Shown piece by piece: positions 27,890-38,964 of a DNA stretch of 64,000 nt; the stretch's first letter is position 1; each line of letters opens with the position of its first letter. A program made the translations under genes and the position numbers. The notes below the pieces were generated by a model. The model did no database searches. It had not been told where the DNA came from and saw only the letters and a program-made list of their open reading frames with translations. The stretch spans positions 40,209 through 104,208 of the forward strand of contig CAWETF010000003.1 in assembly GCA_963812045.1 (NCBI GenBank), read 5' to 3'. Source of the DNA: an uncultured delta proteobacterium (GTDB lineage Bacteria > Desulfobacterota > Syntrophia > Syntrophales > Smithellaceae).

Positions 27890-28519
27890 ATGGGACTTAT
27901 ACAATTATTAATAAGAGATCCGCTGGCTTTTGTAGTTCTGTCAGTGTTGCTGTTGTATTCCATAATCTTTCATGAACTGGCTCACGGCTGGGTTGCCTAT
28001 AAAATGGGCGATCCCACTGCTAAATGGCTGGGACGTCTGACACTCAATCCGATCAAGCATCTCGATCCTATTGGAACATTAATGCTTTTGGTTATTGGTT
28101 TCGGCTGGGCAAAACCTGTTCCCATCAATCTGGAGAACATTCCCGGCGATAAAAGACGCAAAGGGCTGATTTTAGTGTCGGCGGCGGGCATTACGGCGAA
28201 CATTATTTGCGCTTTTATCGCCCTTTTATTATTGAAGCTCATTTCTCCCGAGCCTTCCGGGATGGTTGAGCAAGTGCTTTTTCTGCTTGCCCGGATTAAC
28301 CTGATATTGGCCGCTTTTAATCTAATTCCTATTCCACCGCTTGACGGTTCCAAAATACTTATGGGTTTCGCGCCGGAATCAGTAGGGAGAGTCCTTACTC
28401 AAATTGAACCATTTGGATTTTTCATTGTTCTTGGACTGCTCTTTGTGGGCGTTCTTGATCCGGTGATAAATTTCTTTCAATATGTAATTCTGGCAGTTAT
28501 CTCTGTTTTTTTACCCTGA
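27890..28519 (+). CDS. Site-2 protease family (M50) membrane metalloprotease
   Basis: HELAHG zinc motif in TM1 and NLIPIPPLDGSKIL (NxxPxxxLDG) in a later TM. Confidence 0.8.
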   Translation: MGLIQLLIRDPLAFVVLSVLLLYSIIFHELAHGWVAYKMGDPTAKWLGRLTLNPIKHLDPIGTLMLLVIGFGWAKPVPINLENIPGDKRRKGLILVSAAGITANIICAFIALLLLKLISPEPSGMVEQVLFLLARINLILAAFNLIPIPPLDGSKILMGFAPESVGRVLTQIEPFGFFIVLGLLFVGVLDPVINFFQYVILAVISVFLP

Positions 28520-28574
28520 TAAGTGATAAATAATCCCAAAAGATAAATGATTATTAACAGGAGGTAATATTGTT

Positions 28575-29144
28575 ATGATGACCTTTGCTGAATTATTAAA
28601 AAACAGAAGAGCAATCCGTGATTTTCAGGATAAAGAAGTCCCTCTGAAGATTGTGGAGGAAATTCTGCAGGAATCAACACTTGCTCCATCCGCGAGCAAC
28701 GGCCAGCCCTGCCGATTTTCCATCGTTAATTGCAAAAATACCATGAAAGCGCTTTCCGATGAAAGCAAAGCAAACCTTCTTGACGATTTCGCCAAAAATA
28801 AAATATCGCTTAATCCAGCCTATGTGGATGCGCTTAAAGATAAAAAATTTAATGTTTTTTATAACGCTCCCTGCCTGATCTGTGTAATTGGTTCCACCGC
28901 TGTTCATTCTCTGGAAGTGGATTGCGCGCTGGCCGCAAGTTATATCATGTTTTCAGCGGTATCCAGAGGATTGGGCACCTGCTGGATCGCGTTGGGTGCT
29001 TATATCCGTGATCCACAAATGAAAGCTCTGCTGGGAATTCCCGATGGCTGCGAAATCGTCGCTCCGCTTATCATCGGCTATCCGAAAGAAATTCCTGCGG
29101 CTTCGGAGCGGTATGCTCCGCAGATTCTCAGAGTAATCAGCTAA
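28575..29144 (+). CDS. Nitroreductase-family FMN oxidoreductase
   Basis: RRAIRDFQDKEV...APSASNGQP and C-terminal IIGYP motifs, ~190 aa. Confidence 0.8.
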   Translation: MMTFAELLKNRRAIRDFQDKEVPLKIVEEILQESTLAPSASNGQPCRFSIVNCKNTMKALSDESKANLLDDFAKNKISLNPAYVDALKDKKFNVFYNAPCLICVIGSTAVHSLEVDCALAASYIMFSAVSRGLGTCWIALGAYIRDPQMKALLGIPDGCEIVAPLIIGYPKEIPAASERYAPQILRVIS

Positions 29145-29170
29145 TTTATCCATGAGCAGAGGATGCTGCC

Positions 29171-29845
29171 ATGACTTTTAATCTAAGTGACAAAACTAAA
29201 AAAGTGCTGGCTGCCGTAGCTGCGGGCATATTGGGCAATCTGCTGTCTTTTTTGTCCAGCCTTCTGACTCCGATGCAACCGCAGGTGTCCTTTGATTTCT
29301 CGCACCTGGCAACTTTTATTACTGCCATAGCCTTTGGGCCGTTTTACGGCATGCTTGCCGGTGCCATCGGTTCCATATATCCCTACATGCACTACGCCGT
29401 GTTTGGAATTTACGGACCGTTTTTCGGCCTGGCGATAATATTCGGCAAAACAATGACAGGCTTAATCTGCGGTTTGCTTCGAAACAAAATGCCGGTATTT
29501 CTGGCCGTGAACGTTTCGTATATCCCGGAATCGCTCTTTACCTTGGGGTTTGCTCAACTGATGATTTCATTTTTACCCGCCGGACTTATGGACGCGAAAA
29601 TAATTTCCGGCATCATCGTAGAAGGCTGGGTGGAAGTGATTATATTTTCGTTTCTCATTGATACCGTAATGCGTCAAAAGGTTATCGAAACGGCGGTCTT
29701 GATGCTGGAGATATTCATTATCATGTTTCTTGTCCATAAAGAATTCATCAACACATTGCTCATTCTGCTTTTGATCACACTTATCACCATGATTCTTTTT
29801 GAAATCATCAAACCGTTTATCAGAAAACATCGGGGGGGCGAATAA
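29171..29845 (+). CDS. Polytopic membrane protein, function unknown
   Basis: 224-aa ORF with about 6 hydrophobic segments. No family is recognised. Confidence 0.45.
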   Translation: MTFNLSDKTKKVLAAVAAGILGNLLSFLSSLLTPMQPQVSFDFSHLATFITAIAFGPFYGMLAGAIGSIYPYMHYAVFGIYGPFFGLAIIFGKTMTGLICGLLRNKMPVFLAVNVSYIPESLFTLGFAQLMISFLPAGLMDAKIISGIIVEGWVEVIIFSFLIDTVMRQKVIETAVLMLEIFIIMFLVHKEFINTLLILLLITLITMILFEIIKPFIRKHRGGE

Positions 29846-29847
29846 GG

Positions 29848-31515
29848 TTAAAGAACTTCGGCAAGATTTTTTAAACCGGCGGTGGGGTTTGTATGAAAAT
29901 GGAAACGGATGATTCTTCGTCCCGCATCTTTTAGCGCCTGCCAGTCTCCCTGGGCCTGGGCGGCTTTGAGCGCGCCGAAGGTGAGAGAAGATTTTTCCTT
30001 GCCGATATCATCGGGAATATTCACATCCAAAGAGTTGTCCTGTGTCAACTGAATAAACAATCCATTTCCGGAATCGCCTTTGTGCAACTGGCCGGTAGAA
30101 TGCAGATAACGCGGGCCATAGCCGAAAGTAACGGGCAGGGCATACTTTTGTGAAATAATTTCTCGCAAGCGGCTGACTGCGGCGTCGACTTCCGATGAGG
30201 GACTCAAATAAATCTGCAGAGAGATGTAGTCGCCGAACTTCGCTTGTTTTAAAAAATTCGTAAAAGCTTCGGCGGATATTGTGCCTGTGATATTGCCGTA
30301 GATATCGCCCTGCGCTGTGGCAAGAGCAGGTTTTTGCTCCGGCATATTTTTCTTTTCCGTATATTCTGCGATTATCCGGCGGGCATGTTTTTTTGCTGCC
30401 TCCACGCCCGGCTGATCAAAGGGATTGACACTCATAAAATGTGCCTCAACAGCTATTGCCATCTCCCAGATAAACATTTGTTTACCCAGATCGTAATCGT
30501 CATGAATTTTAATCGTAATTACCGGATGACCCGCGTTGACTAAAAATTCTGCTGGGAACGGTTTTACATTTTCTTCATTTTGGAAAATTACAAAAACACG
30601 ATCTTTCCCATAAGCAACGTTATCCTGAAGCGGTTCATCCAAAACGGGCAGGATTCCTTTTCCTTCCTTGCCGGTGCTTTCCGCAATCAGTTGCTCCAGC
30701 CAGTCGCCGAATGATTTCCAGCGCGGCGGGAGGATGAAAGTCAGTTTGTCGCGTCCCGCCTGCGCCAGCGTGCCTAAAGCGGCGCCCAGAGACGCGCCAA
30801 TGGCTAACAGCGTTTCAGTATTTGCAACAACCGTTTGCAGTAATTTTTTCACATCAACGCCAATAATCGCCGCAGGAACTATCCCCGGCAGCGAAAGCGC
30901 CGAATAACGTCCGCCGATATTTGGATTGTTAAGAAAAGTATGATACGCGGAAATGCTTTCCGCAGTTTTAATCAGTTGGCTTCCTTCGTCGGTTATAAAA
31001 ACAAACCGGCTTCCGGCTTTGTTTCCTGATTTTTTATAAGCCAGATTATAAAAATATTTAAAGAGCGAAGTTATCTCCAGCGTTGTTCCTGATTTAGAAG
31101 AAACAAGAAAAATAGTTTTTTCCAGATTAAGGCTTTGAGTAAGTTTAGAAATTACAACAGGATCGGTGGTATCCGCGATGTGCAATTGGGGGCAACCGGT
31201 GCTACTTCCGAATATTTTGCTGAAGACTTCCGCGGCCAGCGAAGATCCGCCCATTCCCAGTAAGACGACATCGCTGATGCTGCCGTTTGTAAGTGGTTCA
31301 ATGGCGGCGCGGATATCGATTATCTTAGCCAGTGTTTCGGCGGGAGCGTCGAGCCAGCCCAGCCGGTTGGTAATCTCATCCGGCGCCGGTTTCCAGACGG
31401 TGTAATCTTTCGCCCGGATGCGGAAAATGATATTATCTGCACGCATTTTCTCCAGAGCGCTGTTTACGGTGTTTTGGTATTCATCCAGAGAATAATTAAT
31501 ATATGTCTCGGTCAT
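29848..31515 (-). CDS. pgi: Glucose-6-phosphate isomerase
   Basis: GMGGSSLAAEVF, SKSGTTLET-like SKSGTTLEI and IGGRYSALS motifs. Start moved to MTETYINY so it does not run into tkt. Confidence 0.85.
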   Translation of the reverse strand: MTETYINYSLDEYQNTVNSALEKMRADNIIFRIRAKDYTVWKPAPDEITNRLGWLDAPAETLAKIIDIRAAIEPLTNGSISDVVLLGMGGSSLAAEVFSKIFGSSTGCPQLHIADTTDPVVISKLTQSLNLEKTIFLVSSKSGTTLEITSLFKYFYNLAYKKSGNKAGSRFVFITDEGSQLIKTAESISAYHTFLNNPNIGGRYSALSLPGIVPAAIIGVDVKKLLQTVVANTETLLAIGASLGAALGTLAQAGRDKLTFILPPRWKSFGDWLEQLIAESTGKEGKGILPVLDEPLQDNVAYGKDRVFVIFQNEENVKPFPAEFLVNAGHPVITIKIHDDYDLGKQMFIWEMAIAVEAHFMSVNPFDQPGVEAAKKHARRIIAEYTEKKNMPEQKPALATAQGDIYGNITGTISAEAFTNFLKQAKFGDYISLQIYLSPSSEVDAAVSRLREIISQKYALPVTFGYGPRYLHSTGQLHKGDSGNGLFIQLTQDNSLDVNIPDDIGKEKSSLTFGALKAAQAQGDWQALKDAGRRIIRFHFHTNPTAGLKNLAEVL

Positions 31516-31525
31516 TATCTCACCG

Positions 31526-33583
31526 TTAGCCGCGATGGAGTAATTCTTCTGCCGCCGCGATAATCTTGTCGGTGGTGAAGCCGAATTTTTCAAAAAGTAT
31601 CGGGGCAGGCGCGGAAGCGCCGAATGTTTCCATTCCGATTATTTTCCCCGTGAGCCCCACATAATGTTCCCATCCCAGTTTGATTCCCGCCTCCACCGCA
31701 ATTCTGGCGGAAACCTGCGTCGGCAAAACGCTGTTGCGATATTCTCGCGTCTGGCGGTCGAATATTTCCCAGCTGGGAAGTGAAACAACCCTTACCTTCG
31801 TGCCTTTTTCCGCAAGTGTGCGGGCAGCCGAAAGCGCAAGAGAAACTTCCGAACCTGTGGCGATTAGAATCAATTCCGGATTGGGAGATGATTCCCACAG
31901 AATATAACCGCCGCGTCTCACGCCGGATGCGGCGTTACATACGCTTCTGTCCAGCACCGGCAGATTCTGGCGGCTGAAAACAAGAGTCGTCGGACCGCTT
32001 GTGTTGAACAAGGTAAAACGCCATGCCTCCAGTGTTTCGTTGGCGTCGGCCGGCCGGATGACCGTCATGTTGGGCACCTGGCGCAGATTCATGATCTGTT
32101 CCACCGGCTGATGCGTTGGACCGTCTTCTCCCACGCCGATGCTGTCATGCGTGAAAACAAAGATCGCGCGCACACCCATCAGCGCGGCAAGACGCATCGG
32201 CGGGCGCATGTAATCGGCAAAAGTCAGAAATGTTGCCGTGTAAGGAATGATGCCGCCGTGCAGGGCCATGCCTATGGCAATCGAGCCCATCGCGTGTTCG
32301 CGCACGCCGAAATGAATATTGCGTCCTTCGTAACCCCACGGGCCGCCAACCATGCCGTGCAAACCTTCCGCGGAAAAAGCAGGGCTTTGAAAATCGCCCA
32401 TGCCTTTGAGCCATGTGAAGCAGGAAGGATTCAGATCAGCCGAGCCGCCGGCAAGTTCGGGAACTTTCGCGGCAAGGGTCTGCATAACGATTTCACCAGC
32501 TTTGCGCGTCGCCACATCTTTTGAACCGTTGGGGAATTCGCTCAGTGCCGATTCCCAATTCTCCGGCAACTCACCGCGTGTGATTCGTTCAAATTCCGCC
32601 GTAATCGCCGGATCTTTGTGTTTGCAGTTATCTAAGTTCTCCTGCCATTGTTTCTCTGATTTTTTTCCGCGCGAAAGCGCTTTGCGGAAATATTTTTGGA
32701 CATCATCGGGAATACAGAAGGGTTCTTCGACCGGCCAGGCGCAATTGTCTTTCGCGCCTCGCAGTTCTTTTTCTCCCAGAGGCGAGCCGTGTGCGTCACA
32801 TGACCCCTGTTTGCCGGGCGCGCCGTAACCGATTGTCGATTGCACGCAGATAAGCGATGGTTTTTCGGTTTCACGCTTGGCTTTCTTGATTGCCCGGTCG
32901 ATGGCGGCAACATCGTTGCCGTCGGCAACTTTTTGCACCTGCCAGCCGTAGGACTTAAAACGAAGCTCAATATTTTCTGTACAGGAAAGCGCCGCGGAAC
33001 CGGCAAGAGTTACTCTATTATCATCATAAAGGACGATTAGTTTTCCCAGACGCAGATGACCGGCTAGCGAACAGGCCTCAGCGATAACGCCCTCCATCAT
33101 GTCGCCATCTCCGGCCATGACATAAGTAAAATGATCAACTAAATTTGCGCCGTCACGGTTGAAACGCGCCGCCAGATGCGCCTCGGCAATCACCATACCC
33201 ACGGCGTTGGCCAGACCCTGACCCAGGGGGCCGGTGGTCACTTCCACACCGGGAGTGTGCTTGTATTCGGGATGTCCGGGTGTGCGGCTTCCCCATTGAC
33301 GGAAATTTTTAATGTCGTCGAGCGACAGAGCATAGCCGGTAAGATGCAGAAGGGCATATAAAAGCATCGAGGCATGACCGGAAGAAAGAACAAACCGGTC
33401 GCGGTCGGGCCACTGCGGATTCTTTGGATTATGTTTCAGGTGCTTTGTCCACAAAGTAAAAGCGGCGGCGGCGGCGCCCAAGGGCATTCCGGGATGACCG
33501 GATTTGGCTTTCTCAATCGCATCCGCGGCCAGAAAGCGGATGGTATCAATGCACTTTTTTTCTAACTCGTTTTTGTCGGACAT
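31526..33583 (-). CDS. tkt: Transketolase
   Basis: GHPGMPLG, DRFVLSx[10 protein letters not shown] and [16 protein letters not shown] are canonical motifs. Length 685 aa. Confidence 0.95.
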   Translation of the reverse strand: MSDKNELEKKCIDTIRFLAADAIEKAKSGHPGMPLGAAAAAFTLWTKHLKHNPKNPQWPDRDRFVLSSGHASMLLYALLHLTGYALSLDDIKNFRQWGSRTPGHPEYKHTPGVEVTTGPLGQGLANAVGMVIAEAHLAARFNRDGANLVDHFTYVMAGDGDMMEGVIAEACSLAGHLRLGKLIVLYDDNRVTLAGSAALSCTENIELRFKSYGWQVQKVADGNDVAAIDRAIKKAKRETEKPSLICVQSTIGYGAPGKQGSCDAHGSPLGEKELRGAKDNCAWPVEEPFCIPDDVQKYFRKALSRGKKSEKQWQENLDNCKHKDPAITAEFERITRGELPENWESALSEFPNGSKDVATRKAGEIVMQTLAAKVPELAGGSADLNPSCFTWLKGMGDFQSPAFSAEGLHGMVGGPWGYEGRNIHFGVREHAMGSIAIGMALHGGIIPYTATFLTFADYMRPPMRLAALMGVRAIFVFTHDSIGVGEDGPTHQPVEQIMNLRQVPNMTVIRPADANETLEAWRFTLFNTSGPTTLVFSRQNLPVLDRSVCNAASGVRRGGYILWESSPNPELILIATGSEVSLALSAARTLAEKGTKVRVVSLPSWEIFDRQTREYRNSVLPTQVSARIAVEAGIKLGWEHYVGLTGKIIGMETFGASAPAPILFEKFGFTTDKIIAAAEELLHRG

Positions 33584-34070
33584 AAAGTCTCCTTAAAAAA
33601 TAATTTGTACCATTCCTATTTCTTCGGCTAACTTTGTTGGCTGCGTCGTCAGCTTTCTCAACGTATTATCAATACGCCTGCGGAGCCTCCTCCTTGCCGC
33701 CGCGTTATCCTTTGAACTAGAAATGGTATAAAGACATGGAAAATCTACTAACATATTTAAGAATATTTTAAAACTTTTCTTGAAATATATTTTAGATGAA
33801 AAATGTTGTAAAATGAATTTCAAAAGATTATATATTAGAAACAATAGGTTATTGAATATTTATGGCTGGAGAGATAGTGTTGAAACGCCCGGAGCTATAC
33901 AAATCAACCTTTATCAGTATGCCGATAAGTCTATGCAAATTAAATTGATCCAGCTGGATTGTCGGCATATTCATGGTTTTGCCACGGGGTAAAAATATTG
34001 CGGACCGTCCTTAATAACGCTCCAACATCCATACAGAATCTTTTTGATAGAAAGTGATGAAGAATGAGTT

Positions 34071-35594
34071 ATGAAATCCATTAATAAATATATCGGGCTT
34101 TTACTATTTATTTTTGCATTAGTGATAGGTTTCATAAATTATGATCAATACGGCATTGCCTGGGATGAGGCAGCACAACGCGAAATAGGGACCGTCAATT
34201 ACAATTATATTTTTTCTGACAGTAAGGAACTTATGACCCATTTCGGCAGATATTATGGCGTGGCTTTCGAACTTCCTTTAATCATCATAGAAAAGACCAT
34301 GGGGTTTACAGACATCAGAGATATTTATTTAGCGAGGCATTTGATATCGCATATATTTTTTCTAATCGGTGCTTTATGCTGTTTTTTATTAATCGACTTT
34401 TTATATAAAAATAAATTACTGGCTTCAACAGGTTTTCTGCTAATCATATTATATCCGCTGTTGTACGCTCATTCATTTTTTAACACCAAAGATATTCCTT
34501 TTGCCGCAATGTTTTTAATCTGTTTTTATTTGAACGCTGTTGCGTTTAGTAAGCCGGGAATAAGAAATTTTATTTTTCTCGGAATAGGGGTTGGCATCCT
34601 CATAAGTATGAGAATTATGGGCATGCTGTTATTTTGTTGCAATCTGTTTTTCCTGGCAATCGATTTCTTCATGATAAAAGAAGATAAAGAAAGCCGTAGG
34701 AAAATAATCAAATTGTTTTTAACATTTCTTGCCGCCACAGCAATCACATTGTACATCACCTGGCCGTTTTTATGGAAAGATCCAATCACTAATTTTATAT
34801 ATTCGTTTCATAACATGGCTAAATGGCCATGGCAGGGACTTGTTTTGTTTAATGGCCGATTTATCAGATCAACGGAAATTCCATGGAATTACATTCCCGT
34901 ATGGTTTGTTATTACAACACCCATTTATTATCTGCTGGCCGGTTTTGGCGGTATAATTTTACTTTTTATAAATTTTATAAGAAGCCCTTTTCCTTTTTTG
35001 TCAAACACAAAAGAAAGAAATAATCTTCTTTATTTAATTTGTTTTTTCGTTCCTGTTGTGGCTGTAATTATTCTGAAATCCGTACTGTACGATGGATGGA
35101 GGCAGATGTATTTTATTTATCCATCCTTTGCTCTCCTGGCAATATATGGACTGAATTATATACTGCAATTCAAGTTTAAAAGAGTAATCATCTTAATAAC
35201 CTTTCTGTTTTTTGGTTATATAGGTTATTTTATGATTGCCAATAATCCTTTTCAGCATGTTTATTTTAATGAATTAATGAGCACTAAACCGCCGGAATAC
35301 ATAAGAACACATTTTGAGCTTGATTACTGGTGCACGTCATATAAACAATCCCTGGAATACATATTGGAAAATGATAAATCTCCTTTAATAAATATAACGC
35401 CTTATAGCTATAATATTAATATTTTACCTTTTGAAAGCAGAAAAAGAATAAATTTTGTAGAGATCCAATATGCAAAATATTGTATTACCAATTACAGATG
35501 GCACCCCAAAGATTATTCAGGATTGAAACAGCAAAAATGGCATGCTTTCAAAGTAAATAACAATACGATTAATGAAATCTTTAAACTCAGATAG
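34071..35594 (+). CDS. GT-C-fold membrane glycosyltransferase (ArnT/PMT, GT39/GT83-like)
   Basis: 507 aa with more than 10 TM segments. The acidic motif AWDEA sits in the first extracytoplasmic loop, as in polyprenyl-phosphate-sugar-dependent transferases, and there is a soluble C-terminal domain. Confidence 0.55.
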   Translation: MKSINKYIGLLLFIFALVIGFINYDQYGIAWDEAAQREIGTVNYNYIFSDSKELMTHFGRYYGVAFELPLIIIEKTMGFTDIRDIYLARHLISHIFFLIGALCCFLLIDFLYKNKLLASTGFLLIILYPLLYAHSFFNTKDIPFAAMFLICFYLNAVAFSKPGIRNFIFLGIGVGILISMRIMGMLLFCCNLFFLAIDFFMIKEDKESRRKIIKLFLTFLAATAITLYITWPFLWKDPITNFIYSFHNMAKWPWQGLVLFNGRFIRSTEIPWNYIPVWFVITTPIYYLLAGFGGIILLFINFIRSPFPFLSNTKERNNLLYLICFFVPVVAVIILKSVLYDGWRQMYFIYPSFALLAIYGLNYILQFKFKRVIILITFLFFGYIGYFMIANNPFQHVYFNELMSTKPPEYIRTHFELDYWCTSYKQSLEYILENDKSPLINITPYSYNINILPFESRKRINFVEIQYAKYCITNYRWHPKDYSGLKQQKWHAFKVNNNTINEIFKLR

Positions 35595-35627
35595 CACAGG
35601 AAGATCAAGTAAGACAAAATTAAAAAA

Positions 35628-36602
35628 TTAAATTTGTTCTTGCCTGGTTCGTTCTTGTTTTATCCAGTTATAACTTGCCTCAATTCCCTTTCGGAGGCTT
35701 GTTTTTGGAATAAAACAGAAATATTTTTGGAATAAACTATTATCGGAGTCCCTGTTAAAAACACCCACGGGTCCGGGGACATGTTTTATATCCAATTTTT
35801 CTCCGCTTATTTCTATAATTGTTTTTGCCAACTCATTTATGGAAATAGATTTAACCCCTCCCATATTAAAGATAAAAGGTTCTTTTAAATCTTTTATCAT
35901 AATAAGATGTATGCCCTCCAGGTAGTCTGCAATATAGCAGTAATTTCTTTTTTGCTCCCCGTCTCCCCAGATTTCAATACAATCTTTTTTTGTTCCAATG
36001 GCTTCCATGACTTTCCTGCAAATTGCCGCATAAGCCATTTCTCTTCCGTTATTCCAGGTGCACTCCGGTCCATAGATGTTTTGCGGCCTGACAATCTTAA
36101 TATCAATTCCATACTCTCTGTAATATCTGCAAATATGCTCCGCCTGAAGTTTCTCCCAACCGTAAGCGGAATCCGGATCGGCAGGATAAACATCTGTTTC
36201 TTTCATTGGCTTAGCGTCAATTGTATTTTGCTTGTAAGCAGGATAAACGCAAGCAGATGAAGAATACAGATATTTTTTCACTTTATTTTTTCTCACGGCC
36301 TCAAGGGTATACCAGTCGATCAACGTGTTATTATACGTTATCTTCTCTTGATTCTTTGAATCAAATAAGAACCCTGCACCGCCTACATCGGAAGCCATTG
36401 CAAACACCCAATCAATATCTTTTGTTGCAATGAGGCAATTTTTAAAATGTCTTAAATCTGATAACAGGAACTCATCTCCTTCAAATTGACAATCTGAATT
36501 TCTACAATCAACTCCTCTGACCCAATAACCCCTTTTTTTTAGATATTTTACTAAATGATGTCCTACAAATCCGGATGCGCCGGTAACACAAACTCTTATC
36601 AT
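35628..36602 (-). CDS. NAD-dependent sugar-nucleotide epimerase resembling GDP-mannose 3,5-epimerase
   Basis: VTGASGFVGHHL Rossmann motif. SSACVYPAYKQ, YGWEKL (YxxxK), QNIYGP and NGREMAYAAICRK parallel the GME motifs SSACIYPEFKQ, YGLEKL, HNIYGP and GGREKAPAAFCRK. Confidence 0.7.
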   Translation of the reverse strand: MIRVCVTGASGFVGHHLVKYLKKRGYWVRGVDCRNSDCQFEGDEFLLSDLRHFKNCLIATKDIDWVFAMASDVGGAGFLFDSKNQEKITYNNTLIDWYTLEAVRKNKVKKYLYSSSACVYPAYKQNTIDAKPMKETDVYPADPDSAYGWEKLQAEHICRYYREYGIDIKIVRPQNIYGPECTWNNGREMAYAAICRKVMEAIGTKKDCIEIWGDGEQKRNYCYIADYLEGIHLIMIKDLKEPFIFNMGGVKSISINELAKTIIEISGEKLDIKHVPGPVGVFNRDSDNSLFQKYFCFIPKTSLRKGIEASYNWIKQERTRQEQI

Positions 36603-36603
36603 T

Positions 36604-37602
36604 TTAATTTCCCACTTCGTTTGTTGAAAAATATTTTATCTTAAAATAGGCAGATAAATAGGCAGAAGCGGTCAGCCAGCTGACAAACGGATGCAGAATC
36701 CATTCTGTTTTTCCGTCTCTCGCCCATAAGTAAACAGCCTGAATCAGATTTGGAATGAACATTAAGTGCTTCAAAAGACCCCAAACAACTTTTAACTTGC
36801 CCCAGCAGGAATCCGGAATCCAGTGAAAATCTCTATTTTCCGAGCCTTCTTTAAAATAAATACAGGCCCATTTATATTTCTTTTTCGTAAAATTCCACAT
36901 TTTATCTGCAATCAAATGATGAATGGTCGCATTTTTAGGAATAGCTAATTTTGCCAGTCCTTTTTTGGCTAAATTATAGACAACATCTGTATCTTGAGTA
37001 TAACCCCCTATCTTTTTTAAAGTGCTTCTTTTAATAGTAAAATAATACCCTCCTGTTATTGCAAATTTTTCAGGAGTTATATTATAAGTAAAATAATCTC
37101 CTTCATTATTTAATTCTAATGCTTTAAAAGCTAATAGTGCCTCTATTGATTTATCTGCAACAACAGGATCTGTTCCTACTAAACTTAAATATCTATTTAA
37201 TAAACAATCTTCTTTAACAACAGCCAGTCTGCATATAGAAAACCCAATTGTATCATCTTTAATTAGGGGGCTTATCATTTGCCTTGTCCAGTCTTTTTGC
37301 ATAAGCTTATTATCTGAATCTATAAATATTAATATATCTCCTTTTGACTCATGATATCCCTGCCATTTTGCGCCGCCCGCGCCTTCAGGACGTTTGTCGT
37401 TAAATAATATGTGAACCCCTATCTCTTTTAATATTTCAATGGTGCCGTCTTTAGAATATCCGTCCACGGCAATGATTTCTGTTCTTTCTTTCGGGTAATC
37501 CTGTTCAATAATCGCTTGAATGCATCTCCTTATAATAGTTGCATTGTCTTTCGTACATACGATGTAGCTAACACTTGGCCAATCTTTCATTTGTTTGTAC
37601 AA
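36604..37602 (-). CDS. Family 2 glycosyltransferase
   Basis: VSYIVCTKDNA...IIAVDGYSKDGT...FIDSDN (DxD), the GT-A N-terminal pattern. Confidence 0.75.
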   Translation of the reverse strand: MYKQMKDWPSVSYIVCTKDNATIIRRCIQAIIEQDYPKERTEIIAVDGYSKDGTIEILKEIGVHILFNDKRPEGAGGAKWQGYHESKGDILIFIDSDNKLMQKDWTRQMISPLIKDDTIGFSICRLAVVKEDCLLNRYLSLVGTDPVVADKSIEALLAFKALELNNEGDYFTYNITPEKFAITGGYYFTIKRSTLKKIGGYTQDTDVVYNLAKKGLAKLAIPKNATIHHLIADKMWNFTKKKYKWACIYFKEGSENRDFHWIPDSCWGKLKVVWGLLKHLMFIPNLIQAVYLWARDGKTEWILHPFVSWLTASAYLSAYFKIKYFSTNEVGN

Positions 37603-37708
37603 AAAACTCCTTTAACTTATGAGTAACTTGATTACTTAAAATGTTTTTAAAGAATTGGCCATATATTTTTTCTTGCAATTTCTTTTTGATTGAAGCGAAA
37701 AGGACATT

Positions 37709-38938
37709 TTACGCAGAAGTTAATTTTTTCTTCAGGGCATCAATTTCTCTTAAATAAAGCAGCCATGCAATAAACGATATTATCAGGGGACTATATTCCC
37801 AAAAAAGTTGCAGGATAGGAGCTGAAAAATTAGGTGTAGATAGACAAACTAGAATTAGTAACAATATTGCTCCTGTCTTTTTATACGACTTGATAATCAG
37901 ATAAAAAACGGGAAGTACCGCTAAAAGATAAGAATAGTTTTTAAATCGCGGTAAAATAATTATTATTCCTAAACATAAAGTAAAAACAAGAAGTAACTTT
38001 GCTTCCCGATCATTATTCTTTATTAGTTCCCTTAATTTAACCCAGGTCAAAAACGATACGACCGAAACAAATGCCAGATAAATTGAAATAAATAAATATG
38101 ACGGAGCGTCCGGATATATTAATATAATGAATGATCTGAAAAATTCCAGACTGCAGGCAGCGGTTATTCCACCTTCTTTAATGGGGTTAGTTATTCCGCC
38201 ATCTTTGCCTGCGTATGAGAAGAAAGCATTCGCATAATCTCCTGTAAGTTTTGGTTCTATAAAATAGTTAAGCGCCAGGTATGAAATAAAAATTACCACC
38301 GATGAAAGAAAGACCTTCATTTTGTTTTTTGATGGTGAAAATAAAATGAAAATAAGAAAAACCACAGGTACTATTTTAATAGTAGAAACAATGATTATCA
38401 ATAAAGAAAACTTCCAGAGTTTTTCCTGCAGAAAAAAATAAATGGCTGTCCATATTATGAGTTGTTCAAATATTGAAATATTTCCTGAGAATAAATCAAC
38501 AGACATTGCAGCGCCAAACGCCAGAAGGCTGAAATATAAGAATGCAATGAAGTGTTTTTTTTCAAAATATATTTTAGACCAGATGTAATATAAACCGATC
38601 AAAGCCACAAGTTTAATGAATAAGAAAATTGCCGTTGCTGATTCGATATCCAAAATTGCAAAAGGGAAATAGTAATATGTCGCTATCGGGGGATACATAT
38701 AGGGCAATGGCGCAATATTAGTATGAAGAAGGTAAAGTTCTCTTGTATTATAAGGGTTAAGATGATGCATCAAGCATTTTGCGGCGGCATAATATCCCTG
38801 GAAATCCCATAGATAATAAATTCTTTGGTGGAATATATATAAAAATAAGCCGATCAAATAACCGGTAAAAAAAATAAAAAATATTTTCTCAATGGTTTTT
38901 AATGACTTAAAATATTTTAAGAATGAAATCATCTGCAT
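37709..38938 (-). CDS. Polytopic membrane protein, GT87/DUF2029-like putative glycosyltransferase or glycan polymerase
   Basis: 409 aa with about 11 TM segments and the motif PYMYPPIATYYYFPF, which resembles the Y-x-Y-P-P motif of DUF2029/PimE-like GT-C enzymes. Confidence 0.45.
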   Translation of the reverse strand: MQMISFLKYFKSLKTIEKIFFIFFTGYLIGLFLYIFHQRIYYLWDFQGYYAAAKCLMHHLNPYNTRELYLLHTNIAPLPYMYPPIATYYYFPFAILDIESATAIFLFIKLVALIGLYYIWSKIYFEKKHFIAFLYFSLLAFGAAMSVDLFSGNISIFEQLIIWTAIYFFLQEKLWKFSLLIIIVSTIKIVPVVFLIFILFSPSKNKMKVFLSSVVIFISYLALNYFIEPKLTGDYANAFFSYAGKDGGITNPIKEGGITAACSLEFFRSFIILIYPDAPSYLFISIYLAFVSVVSFLTWVKLRELIKNNDREAKLLLVFTLCLGIIIILPRFKNYSYLLAVLPVFYLIIKSYKKTGAILLLILVCLSTPNFSAPILQLFWEYSPLIISFIAWLLYLREIDALKKKLTSA

Positions 38939-38964
38939 TCCGCCGTTTCAACGTTTCTAATACA

